IMG/VR virus record: IMGVR_UViG_3300046311_000202
Source: a virus
Lineage: Duplodnaviria > Heunggongvirae > Uroviricota > Caudoviricetes
DNA: 62,746 bases
Strand: one strand, 5' to 3'
Shown: in pieces, positions 1 through 7,511 of the stretch
Layout: every line of letters starts with the position of its first letter
Position numbering within the stretch: position 1 is the stretch's first letter
Notes under the pieces: model-generated
Told to the model about the DNA's origin: nothing
Databases searched by the model: none
Seen by the model: the letters and a program-made list of their open reading frames with translations, nothing else
Made by a program: the position numbers and the translations under genes

Positions 1-79
1 CTTCCTCTATACTATGTATGATACATCCTATGTTTAGGAATTCTATCTTGCCTATGATTATTGTTCTTGTGTATTCCAT
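1..79 (-). CDS. Partial hypothetical protein (N-terminus, runs off window start)
   Basis: ATG at 77-79 (minus strand) after an A-rich leader; frame MEYTRTIIIGKIEF... stays open to position 1. Confidence 0.45.
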   Translation of the reverse strand, partial: MEYTRTIIIGKIEFLNIGCIIHSIEE

Positions 80-145
80 TGCTGTTTTTTTATTGTGGCT
101 TTTTAGGGGGAGAATTAACCCCCCCCCATACTTGCCTATCTGTTG

Positions 146-433
146 TTAGTTAATTACTCTCCACGCTCCGTTCCACTCTTCCCCATTCAAATACCATTGA
201 AAGTTCTTCTGCTTGATATGAACATTGTCTAGGGCATTAAGTCTTTCCTTTGTGGTATTACTATCCCAACCTGCATTGGATACTTTTAAAACCCCTCCCT
301 CTTTTACTGCAATTAGGTTACCGAAAAGGAATAGTTTTGTCTTACCCTCTTCTACTCTTACCTCTGTATTGCTTAACTTGATAGCCTTGTTATTGTTAAA
401 GGCTTGAACACTTTTTTGCGTGATGATTTTCAT
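146..433 (-). CDS. Hypothetical early protein (95 aa)
   Basis: ORF downstream of TATATTTG promoter box at 469-476, with A-rich leader. Confidence 0.75.
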   Translation of the reverse strand: MKIITQKSVQAFNNNKAIKLSNTEVRVEEGKTKLFLFGNLIAVKEGGVLKVSNAGWDSNTTKERLNALDNVHIKQKNFQWYLNGEEWNGAWRVIN

Positions 434-468
434 AATCTTGATTTTTTAGCTTGGCTTAATTGCCGTTA

Positions 469-476
469 CAAATATA
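469..476 (-). promoter_or_regulatory. Bacteroidota sigma70 -7 box (TATATTTG)
   Basis: Matches TAnnTTTG, 35 nt upstream of the ATG; -33 box weak. Confidence 0.65.
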
Positions 477-571
477 GTTATTATTCTAATACGAACCTAA
501 TGTTTTGATAATTATTTTTACTTTTTTTATTTCCCCCCTTGAACCTTACAACAAAGGGGGAGATTAATTTA

Positions 572-1153
572 CTAATACTCAATATCTGCCTCTTCTAGTA
601 GCCTAACTACTTCCCCCTCTTCTACTCCCAACAAACTAGCATCTATATAATCTAGCATACCATTGATAGCAAAGTCGTTTCCATAAAACCCGAAACAACT
701 ATCTAGCTGCTCCCCCTCTTCATCTTCTATAATAAAGCCGTACACTTCTCCCTCTAGGTATTGGCTATAAGTAGATACTTCACTTTCTAGTATAGATACT
801 ACTTTTTCTTTTGTCTTCTTTGTTAGTATCTTACCCCCAAACTCTTGCAGTATTTTTTTCTTGTCCGCAATTATAAAGCCTACTTGTCCGCTATCCCAAC
901 GGCAACTAAATGAACCCGTACTAATACTTACCCCCGAGTGGTCGTATAAATATAGGGGTAAAATTATTGTACCCTTGCCCTCTTCTTTGAGTATAGCCTT
1001 TTCCATTTCCTCCCAACTATTATAATCATCTACACTATAATTATGTTTGTCGCCTAGATCATAACGTTTGTGAAAACATATCATTGTACCTAGATTATCC
1101 CATTCTCTTGGACTATCATAACAACTATCTTGTACTACTCTTAACTTGTTCAT
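572..1153 (-). CDS. Conserved hypothetical protein (LPLYLYDHSG...WDSGQVG type)
   Basis: 193-aa ORF with its own promoter; motif recalled from phage/mobile-element hypothetical proteins. Confidence 0.75.
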   Translation of the reverse strand: MNKLRVVQDSCYDSPREWDNLGTMICFHKRYDLGDKHNYSVDDYNSWEEMEKAILKEEGKGTIILPLYLYDHSGVSISTGSFSCRWDSGQVGFIIADKKKILQEFGGKILTKKTKEKVVSILESEVSTYSQYLEGEVYGFIIEDEEGEQLDSCFGFYGNDFAINGMLDYIDASLLGVEEGEVVRLLEEADIEY

Positions 1154-1181
1154 ATAAATTGATTTTTAGATTAATGTTAAA

Positions 1182-1213
1182 CAAAGGTAGTTTTTTAAAT
1201 TGAAACTACCAAA
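1182..1213 (-). promoter_or_regulatory. Bacteroidota promoter TTTG-N20-TACCTTTG
   Basis: Both boxes at canonical spacing upstream of ORF 572..1153. Confidence 0.75.
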
Positions 1214-1224
1214 ACAATTTGCAA

Positions 1225-1572
1225 TTATTTTCTTAAAAAATATTGTTCTTCAAATAAACATTGCTCCCCCTTATAGTCTACCGCATACGCTAGTGTACAA
1301 GTATCCCCTAGACAATAAGCCATACCCTCTTGGTGCAATAAGAAACAAAGGCTTTGTATTACATTGCCAAAACTTTCTTCAGTCAATTCAGTACTCCCTT
1401 GTACTATTAGCGTTCTTTCAATACCCCAACAACCGCCATTATTTTTATCCTTAAGGATAGTTGTAGCTTGGTTATTAAATATTATACCTATATGATATAA
1501 GGTACTATCTAGTTGTGTTTTTGTCTCAATGTATCCTACATTCAAACCAATGTTAATAATGAAATTCTGCAT
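1225..1572 (-). CDS. Hypothetical early protein, weak SAM-lyase-like motif pattern
   Basis: 115 aa; NIGL...GCWGIERTLIV...LHQEGMAY; the ORF is solid but the function is inferred only. Confidence 0.5.
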   Translation of the reverse strand: MQNFIINIGLNVGYIETKTQLDSTLYHIGIIFNNQATTILKDKNNGGCWGIERTLIVQGSTELTEESFGNVIQSLCFLLHQEGMAYCLGDTCTLAYAVDYKGEQCLFEEQYFLRK

Positions 1573-1614
1573 AATAATATAAGGTTAAGTAACTGCTTCG
1601 TTGCAATTACAAGA

Positions 1615-1646
1615 CAAATGTACGCCAATAGTTTCATATATGCAAG
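1615..1646 (-). promoter_or_regulatory. Bacteroidota promoter (C)TTG-N20-TACATTTG
   Basis: Box match upstream of ORF 1225..1572. Confidence 0.65.
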
Positions 1647-1862
1647 GCTTATTTTAAATAGTTATTAACAATTTTGTGTTGATAAGTTTATTTGTTTTGT
1701 ATTGATTTTTTTCGTATCTTTACCCAAACGTTCCCCTCCCCAACCACTCACTATAAGGTAGGACGGAGTCTACTCTTCCGGTTCTATTTCAAAACCACGC
1801 CCTTTGTCAAATCCTTCCGCCTATTTAATTAATTCATCCATACCTTTCCCCTTTTGTTAAAA

Positions 1863-1894
1863 CAAAGATACGCCAAAGAATTTACATACGCAAG
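1863..1894 (-). promoter_or_regulatory. Bacteroidota promoter (C)TTG-N20-TATCTTTG
   Basis: Box match; no substantial ORF directly downstream. Confidence 0.55.
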
Positions 1895-1916
1895 TGTTTT
1901 AGTAATTATTTTGCAT

Positions 1917-1941
1917 AAAAAAAGAGGGCTTTCGCCCCCCC
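1917..1941 (-). terminator. Intrinsic terminator
   Basis: GGGC-GAAA-GCCC stem followed by a U-tract, directly after the stop of 1942..2181. Confidence 0.75.
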
Positions 1942-2181
1942 TTATTCTATACAAGTATCATAAAAATCTAAATCCGCTTCTGAATAATGTTTGTCTAGGT
2001 ATGCATTCAATCTATCTTTGCTTCTAAACCTTTTTATTGTTTCTTTATCCATCCAAGGGTTTTGATATTGATATTCCTTAATCAAAGCAATATAACCCCC
2101 ACTGAATACTTTACCTTTGCTAGGCACTTGTAGGATGTTATCGGTCAATACATTTTCTTTTAAAATAAATTGTCTTATCAT
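1942..2181 (-). CDS. Hypothetical early protein (79 aa)
   Basis: Promoter box at 2217-2224, CTCTCACA before the ATG, terminator after the stop. Confidence 0.75.
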   Translation of the reverse strand: MIRQFILKENVLTDNILQVPSKGKVFSGGYIALIKEYQYQNPWMDKETIKRFRSKDRLNAYLDKHYSEADLDFYDTCIE

Positions 2182-2216
2182 TGTGAGAGAGTTTTAGCTT
2201 GGCTTCATTGCCAATA

Positions 2217-2224
2217 CAAATATA
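2217..2224 (-). promoter_or_regulatory. -7 box TATATTTG
   Basis: Followed by a leader nearly identical to that at 443-468. Confidence 0.65.
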
Positions 2225-2257
2225 CAAAATAGTTTGGTATAAAAAAAATATTTGCAT

Positions 2258-2288
2258 AAAAAAAGAGGGAAACTTTCGCTCCCCCCTC
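2258..2288 (-). terminator. Intrinsic terminator
   Basis: G/C-rich stem with a GAAA-containing loop plus a U-tract. Confidence 0.6.
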
Positions 2289-2308
2289 CCATAAATAAGC
2301 TCTCACAC

Positions 2309-2467
2309 TTAATTTAAACTATATGTACTATATAAATTGATATCGTAAACTTGTAGTAAACTTTGTTGTAGGTTATCTAATGTAACCCCTAACAATTCCC
2401 CTACTGCAACCCCTCCCTTAAAGATAGTTGCCATAAAACCGAACTCTAAAATTTCTATCTCTACCAT
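2309..2467 (-). CDS. Small hypothetical protein (52 aa, not in ORF track)
   Basis: MVEIEILEFGFMATIFKGGVAVGELLG...; fills the gap between a hairpin and a terminator. Confidence 0.55.
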   Translation of the reverse strand: MVEIEILEFGFMATIFKGGVAVGELLGVTLDNLQQSLLQVYDINLYSTYSLN

Positions 2468-2473
2468 GGTGAT

Positions 2474-2536
2474 CTATCTTTGCAATGCTCTTAGAGTCAT
2501 TATTGATATTCCTGTAATGATCAAATATACTATCAT
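2474..2536 (-). CDS. Putative 20-aa hydrophobic peptide MIVYLIITGISIMTLRALQR
   Basis: Follows the GGCCAC/GTGGCC hairpin and an AC-rich leader; stop lies 6 nt before the next ATG. Confidence 0.35.
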   Translation of the reverse strand: MIVYLIITGISIMTLRALQR

Positions 2537-2586
2537 GTCTGTGTGTTATTTAAGGCCACCTGTTACAGTGGCCGAATTAGTATTTA

Positions 2587-3354
2587 TTAAGCTAGCTCCA
2601 GTTCTAAGACGTGGCTGGCGATTCTATCTATCTCTAGTTTCATGGTTCTAAGAACTAGGTCCGGATCCAGATGGCTAAATTCACTGTAGAAAGTTTGATC
2701 TACATCCAGGGTCTGATAGTTATCTCTGACATACTGTATTACCTCAGCGACAGACTCATCCAGTTCTGTAGTATCTACGAACTCAGAGTAATACAGGTCA
2801 CCATAGCAGGCATCTAGGAAGCCGTTCTGGATGTCTTCTATCTCATCACGGAATATAAATGTCAATACAGCTCCGATGCTCTGGATATTGTTATCAGCGA
2901 AGTCTTCCTTCCAGGCGTAGTAGTTATTAGCTGTGTGGCTATGGAAGCCGTCATAGCTGGTAAAGTGATCATGTAGGAACTGGTCAAACTCATCAGCATT
3001 AGCTGCAGCATACTGTTTAACACGGGTCTTATTAAATTTAACTGCTAGCTCTATCTGATCAGTGGCAAAGTTATAAGCCGAAGGACTGTAGATGTCTCCA
3101 GCAGTGATTTCAATTTCAATACCGTCTGCCTCATGAGCACCGTCTAGATAGTTCTGAGCTACCTGCTGGACCGCAGCAACATAAAGATCGTTTCTGAAGT
3201 TTTCATGAAAGTATTCACTGTCGTAGTTTATATGACCTTCCTGGTGATCCTGGTTGATCATGTAACTATCAAAGATGTAATCCGGATCTAATGAACTGCA
3301 GTACATGCCTACTGAAATGATCGGGAATAAGTTGGTGTTTAAATTTGCTACCAT
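2587..3354 (-). CDS. Acidic hypothetical protein (255 aa)
   Basis: Long ORF with its own promoter at 3390-3420; elevated GC. Confidence 0.75.
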   Translation of the reverse strand: MVANLNTNLFPIISVGMYCSSLDPDYIFDSYMINQDHQEGHINYDSEYFHENFRNDLYVAAVQQVAQNYLDGAHEADGIEIEITAGDIYSPSAYNFATDQIELAVKFNKTRVKQYAAANADEFDQFLHDHFTSYDGFHSHTANNYYAWKEDFADNNIQSIGAVLTFIFRDEIEDIQNGFLDACYGDLYYSEFVDTTELDESVAEVIQYVRDNYQTLDVDQTFYSEFSHLDPDLVLRTMKLEIDRIASHVLELELA

Positions 3355-3389
3355 GATATAAGGTTTTTAGTGTGGCACCGTTGCCGGTA

Positions 3390-3420
3390 CAAATATATAA
3401 ATAATTTTTTAATAAACAAA
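3390..3420 (-). promoter_or_regulatory. Bacteroidota promoter TTTG-N19-TATATTTG
   Basis: Both boxes present. Confidence 0.75.
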
Positions 3421-3447
3421 ATAAAGCCCCCCATTTTTTTGAGGGGC
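3421..3447 (-). terminator. Intrinsic terminator
   Basis: GCCCC...GGGGGC followed by TTTATTTT after ORF 3456..3857. Confidence 0.6.
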
Positions 3448-3455
3448 GTTGAATA

Positions 3456-3857
3456 CTATCTTTTGGTGAAGTACTTCAGGAATAACTTATTAGTCTCCTG
3501 CTCATCCAGTGGTCGGATCTTCACACAGGGACACATTAGACGGCAATTGTCATCATGCTCAAATCCTGTGAGAGTGTGGACCAGCTCATGGAATACTACG
3601 ACCCTGAGGTGTGCTTTCCATCGCTTCAGGCTGCTCAAGCTAATCCATATGATCCTGTCATTCAATCTCGCCATGCCCAGGGCACCGTTACCGGAGTCAT
3701 CAGTGATCCTTACATCAACCCGATCCATCTGGATACCTTGAGACCTCAACAGGTTCTTAGCTTCGTATACGTGACCCATCACCTGAGTTCTTAATGCATA
3801 CGTTTCAGGAGACATCTTTAGGTTTTTACCCATCTGGCAATCTAATCTTTTTTTCAT
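3456..3857 (-). CDS. Putative zincin-type metallopeptidase (SprT/matrixin-like)
   Basis: VFHELVHTLTGFEH = HExxH plus a third His. Confidence 0.6.
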   Translation of the reverse strand: MKKRLDCQMGKNLKMSPETYALRTQVMGHVYEAKNLLRSQGIQMDRVDVRITDDSGNGALGMARLNDRIIWISLSSLKRWKAHLRVVVFHELVHTLTGFEHDDNCRLMCPCVKIRPLDEQETNKLFLKYFTKR

Positions 3858-3899
3858 TGTGTGAGAGTATTAAGCCCCCCGTAGAGGGCCGGTTATTAA

Positions 3900-4055
3900 T
3901 TAAACGTTTCTGGTTTTGATCTTTGTCTGGAGAGTTCCGGATTTGATCGAGAGCATTATTTTACCATTTGGTGTTTGCTCATAAGGTCTGTCGTACTCAT
4001 CCCACTGGATGTTTTCAACTGGACAATGTACAATGTAATTTTCTAGGTTTCGCAT
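3900..4055 (-). CDS. Small hypothetical protein (51 aa, not in ORF track)
   Basis: MRNLENYIVHCPVENIQWDEYDRPY...; ATG 3 nt after the upstream stop. Confidence 0.6.
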   Translation of the reverse strand: MRNLENYIVHCPVENIQWDEYDRPYEQTPNGKIMLSIKSGTLQTKIKTRNV

Positions 4056-4058
4056 AGC

Positions 4059-4286
4059 TTAGTTTAGGTTTGCTGTTAGTAATATTTTTTGTGCTTTGAT
4101 CAGAGCCTTGCATTTTGTTAGAATGTCTTCTGCTGTCTTATAATCCTCTTCATCATCCTCCTCCAGGTAATCAATCTCCTGCAGTAGGTCATACATCCAA
4201 TCGTGGTAAGTATTAAAAAAAGGTCCTAGCTCAAGTTGCATGTACAACTTGTGGGCTTCAATCTGGATTTCTGTTAGTGTCTTCAT
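4059..4286 (-). CDS. Hypothetical acidic protein (75 aa)
   Basis: ORF in a tightly packed early cluster. Confidence 0.7.
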   Translation of the reverse strand: MKTLTEIQIEAHKLYMQLELGPFFNTYHDWMYDLLQEIDYLEEDDEEDYKTAEDILTKCKALIKAQKILLTANLN

Positions 4287-4287
4287 G

Positions 4288-4374
4288 TTAGTATAAAAAT
4301 CTAGTTAGAAAATAAAGTGCTACAATAATACAAAAAATGATTTGCGGTTTCTGATGCTGTAAAAAATATTTCAT
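4288..4374 (-). CDS. Putative 28-aa membrane peptide MKYFLQHQKPQIIFCIIVALYFLTRFLY
   Basis: Follows a hairpin and TAATCTAAAA leader; stop 1 nt before the next ATG; hydrophobic C-terminal half. Confidence 0.5.
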   Translation of the reverse strand: MKYFLQHQKPQIIFCIIVALYFLTRFLY

Positions 4375-4415
4375 GATGTTTAGATTAAGCCCCCCTTTCG
4401 AGGGGCTGATTAGTA

Positions 4416-4733
4416 TTAGTTTAATGTCTTCTTGAATGTCTTCAGAATAATCCCTAGAGTGTACTCTAGATGTTTCCTGCAGTAATCGTCCCCAAATGTG
4501 GAGACCTTGTTAACATTATACCTTTCCTTGCCTTCAATATAAGTCCCGTACTTACCGCCCTCGATGGTGACGAATTGGTTCTTAATAACTATAGGCTTGA
4601 TGTAAACTGCATAAGGCCAAGTACCACCTGCATAAGTGTAAGGTACAACTTCTGACTCGTTTATGCTTTCAATCATTGCGTTGATAGTGTCAATCTTCCT
4701 TTGAACCCCTATCGGAAATTTTTTTGCGTTCAT
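4416..4733 (-). CDS. Hypothetical early protein (105 aa)
   Basis: CTCTCAC motif before the ATG. Confidence 0.7.
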   Translation of the reverse strand: MNAKKFPIGVQRKIDTINAMIESINESEVVPYTYAGGTWPYAVYIKPIVIKNQFVTIEGGKYGTYIEGKERYNVNKVSTFGDDYCRKHLEYTLGIILKTFKKTLN

Positions 4734-4744
4734 ACTGTGAGAGT

Positions 4745-4930
4745 TTAAATTGTTACGTTAACAGGCTCCCTCTTACTATTAGAGGGTTCAACTTGAAAAT
4801 CCGAATTAGGAAAGCAGTCATATAAATGAGCAACTTCCTGTTTAGCTTCCTCTAGTGTTAGGTAATAGCCTTGGTAACCTACTTCCCCGTAGCTTCCGTA
4901 CTCTAAAATGTGGTAATAAGTCTTATTCAT
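4745..4930 (-). CDS. Hypothetical early protein (61 aa)
   Basis: Hairpin + CTCTCAC motif before the ATG. Confidence 0.7.
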   Translation of the reverse strand: MNKTYYHILEYGSYGEVGYQGYYLTLEEAKQEVAHLYDCFPNSDFQVEPSNSKREPVNVTI

Positions 4931-4974
4931 AATGTGAGAGTTAAATAGCCCCCCTTGCGAGGGGCTTGGTTAAT

Positions 4975-5214
4975 TTATCCTTTGTAATTTGCTCCAATCC
5001 AATCGGTCAACGTTTCTTTGTTGCCGTTGTCTAGCTCCATAAACCACCTGAAGAACCCGTTTGTCCCGTTGCCTTGCTGTTGGGCGTAGCTGTTGAACTT
5101 ACTTCTTAAGTGGTTTGCCATGTTAGGCTCGGATTTCCAAACTTCTTCAATGAAGTTGTAACCGAAGTTGTGGGCGAAGTACATGAACTTGTTAATTGCT
5201 TCAAAATTTGTCAT
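4975..5214 (-). CDS. Hypothetical early protein (79 aa)
   Basis: First ORF after the promoter at 5350-5380. Confidence 0.7.
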   Translation of the reverse strand: MTNFEAINKFMYFAHNFGYNFIEEVWKSEPNMANHLRSKFNSYAQQQGNGTNGFFRWFMELDNGNKETLTDWIGANYKG

Positions 5215-5349
5215 AGTATATAATGTGAGAGTGCCGGTAATCTTAGGCCTACTGGCTTAGCCTTGTAAGATAGTATTCAGTATTTCAAGGAACGTGCTGA
5301 TAATCAGCTAGTTAGGTAAAAAGCTAGTGCCTTTCTCTCTAACCCTTTG

Positions 5350-5380
5350 CAAATATACAACTATATATGATATAAACAAG
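5350..5380 (-). promoter_or_regulatory. Bacteroidota promoter (C)TTG-N19-TATATTTG heading the early cluster
   Basis: Box match; ~130-nt structured leader to the ATG at 5214. Confidence 0.7.
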
Positions 5381-5944
5381 CGTTTATGTAAAAAAGTTTA
5401 AATATTTTTTTATCCTAGTGTTTTCGGGGCTTCGCAAAGGATTATCATATAAGGCTAAATAAAGCGATTTAAGACACGATAACCCCTCCATGATATCGTA
5501 ACATTAAAACTCTGAGATAATGCAACAGGAGCAAAATAGGGGTATTTTTTGGCGACCTGTAAAAAGAATTTAATACACAAATAAAAATGTAGAAAGTTAT
5601 TAACAATTATATTATATGTAACTAGTCTAAATAAGCTGGCCTAGAACCTAGTCACCTGGACAGGACTACACTCTAGTATAAGCTAACACTATAACATACT
5701 AACATACTATAGACAAATAGTATAAAAATAAGTTGGAAAAGTCAAAAACTTTTAGAGGCTGTTTAAGGCACAAAGTAATCTGGCTGGACACATAGGGGGG
5801 GTGGGGTAAAATCCTCCGAATCTTGCCGGGGTTTTCTGTATGGTGGTTAGGGTGTCCCCCACATAAAATCAGTTTTAAAAAATTGATATAAAAAAATTTA
5901 TAATCCCTACTAAATCACTAGGGTATAAAAGGGTGGGGGGGTAT
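5381..5944. other. Long non-coding region with G-tracts (possible genome terminus or origin)
   Basis: No ORF of 60 aa or more; G-runs at ~5794-5806 and ~5921-5941. Confidence 0.4.
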
Positions 5945-5971
5945 AAAAAAAACCCCAGATCTCTCCGGGGT
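5945..5971 (-). terminator. Intrinsic terminator of the minus-strand middle operon
   Basis: CCCC-N10-GGGG followed by T8, about 20 nt after the stop at 5991. Confidence 0.7.
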
Positions 5972-5990
5972 GGTTTTTGGTTTGTGGTGC

Positions 5991-6224
5991 TTATGGGTTA
6001 CACCATATTGGGGTCTTCTCTCCAACATAGCTTCTAAGGACATTATAGTTGAAGTACTCTATTGCATCTTCCTCTGACATATCCTCTGTTAATATCTCTA
6101 TACACTTATTGACAGAATAGATCAGTCTCATTGTAGACTCTTCTACACCTATTACAGCTTGATTAAATCCATCGGCTATCAAGAACTCTTCGTCTTCGTA
6201 CTGTTCTAATATACTAGCTAACAT
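5991..6224 (-). CDS. Conserved phage hypothetical protein (ADGFxxAxIG type)
   Basis: 77-aa ORF overlapping the upstream stop. Confidence 0.7.
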   Translation of the reverse strand: MLASILEQYEDEEFLIADGFNQAVIGVEESTMRLIYSVNKCIEILTEDMSEEDAIEYFNYNVLRSYVGEKTPIWCNP

Positions 6225-6900
6225 ACTTAGAGAAATTATGTGCTGCTTTACGTGCTTCCTTAGGGGTCTTGATAAGTACAGATCCTCTTTTCTTGAAAGG
6301 TATTACATCTTTGATAGGTACAATGTACTCTTCTCCTAGATCGTTATGCTCTTTCTGTACTCTTACTTGGTCTTGTAAGAATCCTGCCCACTCCCACTCT
6401 TCATAGTCTAATTCTTGTGGCTCGTACTTAGGGTCAAACAGTTTGTCCCCTATCTTGAATATTTGTCTTGCTCTGTGTGAGTATCCTATATATCCTCCCT
6501 CTGTCTGAGAGTAGGCCACACCTGCTAGATTTTTATCAGCTACACAGTTATGGGTGAACATCCACTTAAGGTCGTCTATTCTTCCTAGCAAATCTCCCTC
6601 AATATTGTAACAGTACAGTGTTGGGTAATCTGTCTTGCAGAATAAGTCTAGATGGTCTTCATATTTATCTACTGCATCATACTTTTTAGTAAGTACTGGA
6701 CTTACATGCCCAAATACGTACTCTGCTTTTCTTACGTACTCTTCTTTATATCCTCTCTTTACCATTCTAGTAGCTAGGGACCAACCCCATACTGTAAAAT
6801 GATGCTTTAAGCAGAAGTCTTTTCCTCTGTTTGTGGTATACCATGGGGATGTACAATGCTCTAACTTTAGGTATTTCTTACCTTTCCAAATATTAATCAT
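6214..6900 (-). CDS. Hypothetical protein (228 aa)
   Basis: Long ORF tightly packed in the operon. Confidence 0.75.
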   Translation of the reverse strand: MINIWKGKKYLKLEHCTSPWYTTNRGKDFCLKHHFTVWGWSLATRMVKRGYKEEYVRKAEYVFGHVSPVLTKKYDAVDKYEDHLDLFCKTDYPTLYCYNIEGDLLGRIDDLKWMFTHNCVADKNLAGVAYSQTEGGYIGYSHRARQIFKIGDKLFDPKYEPQELDYEEWEWAGFLQDQVRVQKEHNDLGEEYIVPIKDVIPFKKRGSVLIKTPKEARKAAHNFSKYVS

Positions 6901-6901
6901 C

Positions 6902-7147
6902 TTACAAAGAGGCTAGTTTAGTTTCGTACTCTGCTTTAGTAATAAGTCCGGCATGTCTTGCTACCTCTTGGCCGTCTTTTACAAATACTATTGTAGGTAC
7001 ACTACGGATATTGTACTCTTTTGCTAATCCATCAACGTCTGTGTCAATGTCTACTTGTTTTAAGTCTACTCCTTCTAGAGCTTTACCTACTACTCGGCAT
7101 GGTCCACACCATGTTGCTGAAAATTTGATTGCTTCTACTGCTGCCAT
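6902..7147 (-). CDS. trxA: Thioredoxin
   Basis: FSATWCGPC active site and IRSVPT cis-Pro motif. Confidence 0.9.
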   Translation of the reverse strand: MAAVEAIKFSATWCGPCRVVGKALEGVDLKQVDIDTDVDGLAKEYNIRSVPTIVFVKDGQEVARHAGLITKAEYETKLASL

Positions 7148-7148
7148 T

Positions 7149-7421
7149 TTAGTCTACTACTTTTAAAAATTTACCGTTTTGATCATACAGGATAGTCAAT
7201 CCAAACTTCCTATCCATGTTTTGTATTAATTCCTCTTTTTTTCTAGGTATCTTATTTTCCATATACCCCCCTGGAACTTCTATCTTGTCTATTCTTTCAT
7301 ACTCAAAGGCTTCATAAAATAGACTTGGATCTGCATTCCCTCCCTCTTGCCTGAAATATTTAAAGAACCAATTAATATCCAAGTTTCCGGAATTTCTCAT
7401 TCTGATATAACTATCTCTCAT
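7149..7421 (-). CDS. Hypothetical protein (90 aa)
   Basis: Stop 1 nt before the thioredoxin ATG. Confidence 0.7.
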   Translation of the reverse strand: MRDSYIRMRNSGNLDINWFFKYFRQEGGNADPSLFYEAFEYERIDKIEVPGGYMENKIPRKKEELIQNMDRKFGLTILYDQNGKFLKVVD

Positions 7422-7434
7422 ACTTTAAAATTAG

Positions 7435-7505
7435 TAGCGTACTGTGGAATCGAACCACCCCGTGAACCTTATGAGAGTTCCATGCAACCATTACACCTTA
7501 ACGCA
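7435..7505 (-). tRNA. tRNA with CAT anticodon (Met or Ile2), degenerate; no encoded CCA
   Basis: D-arm GTGTAATGGTTGCAT, anticodon arm GAACT-CTCATAA-GGTTC, T-loop GGTTCGATTCC; several acceptor-stem mismatches. Confidence 0.75.
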
Positions 7506-7511
7506 ATATTA

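Noticed and set aside
3568-3574. Additional CTCTCAC motif copy
   Set aside because: Lies inside the coding HTLT codons of the zincin gene, not before a start; likely chance
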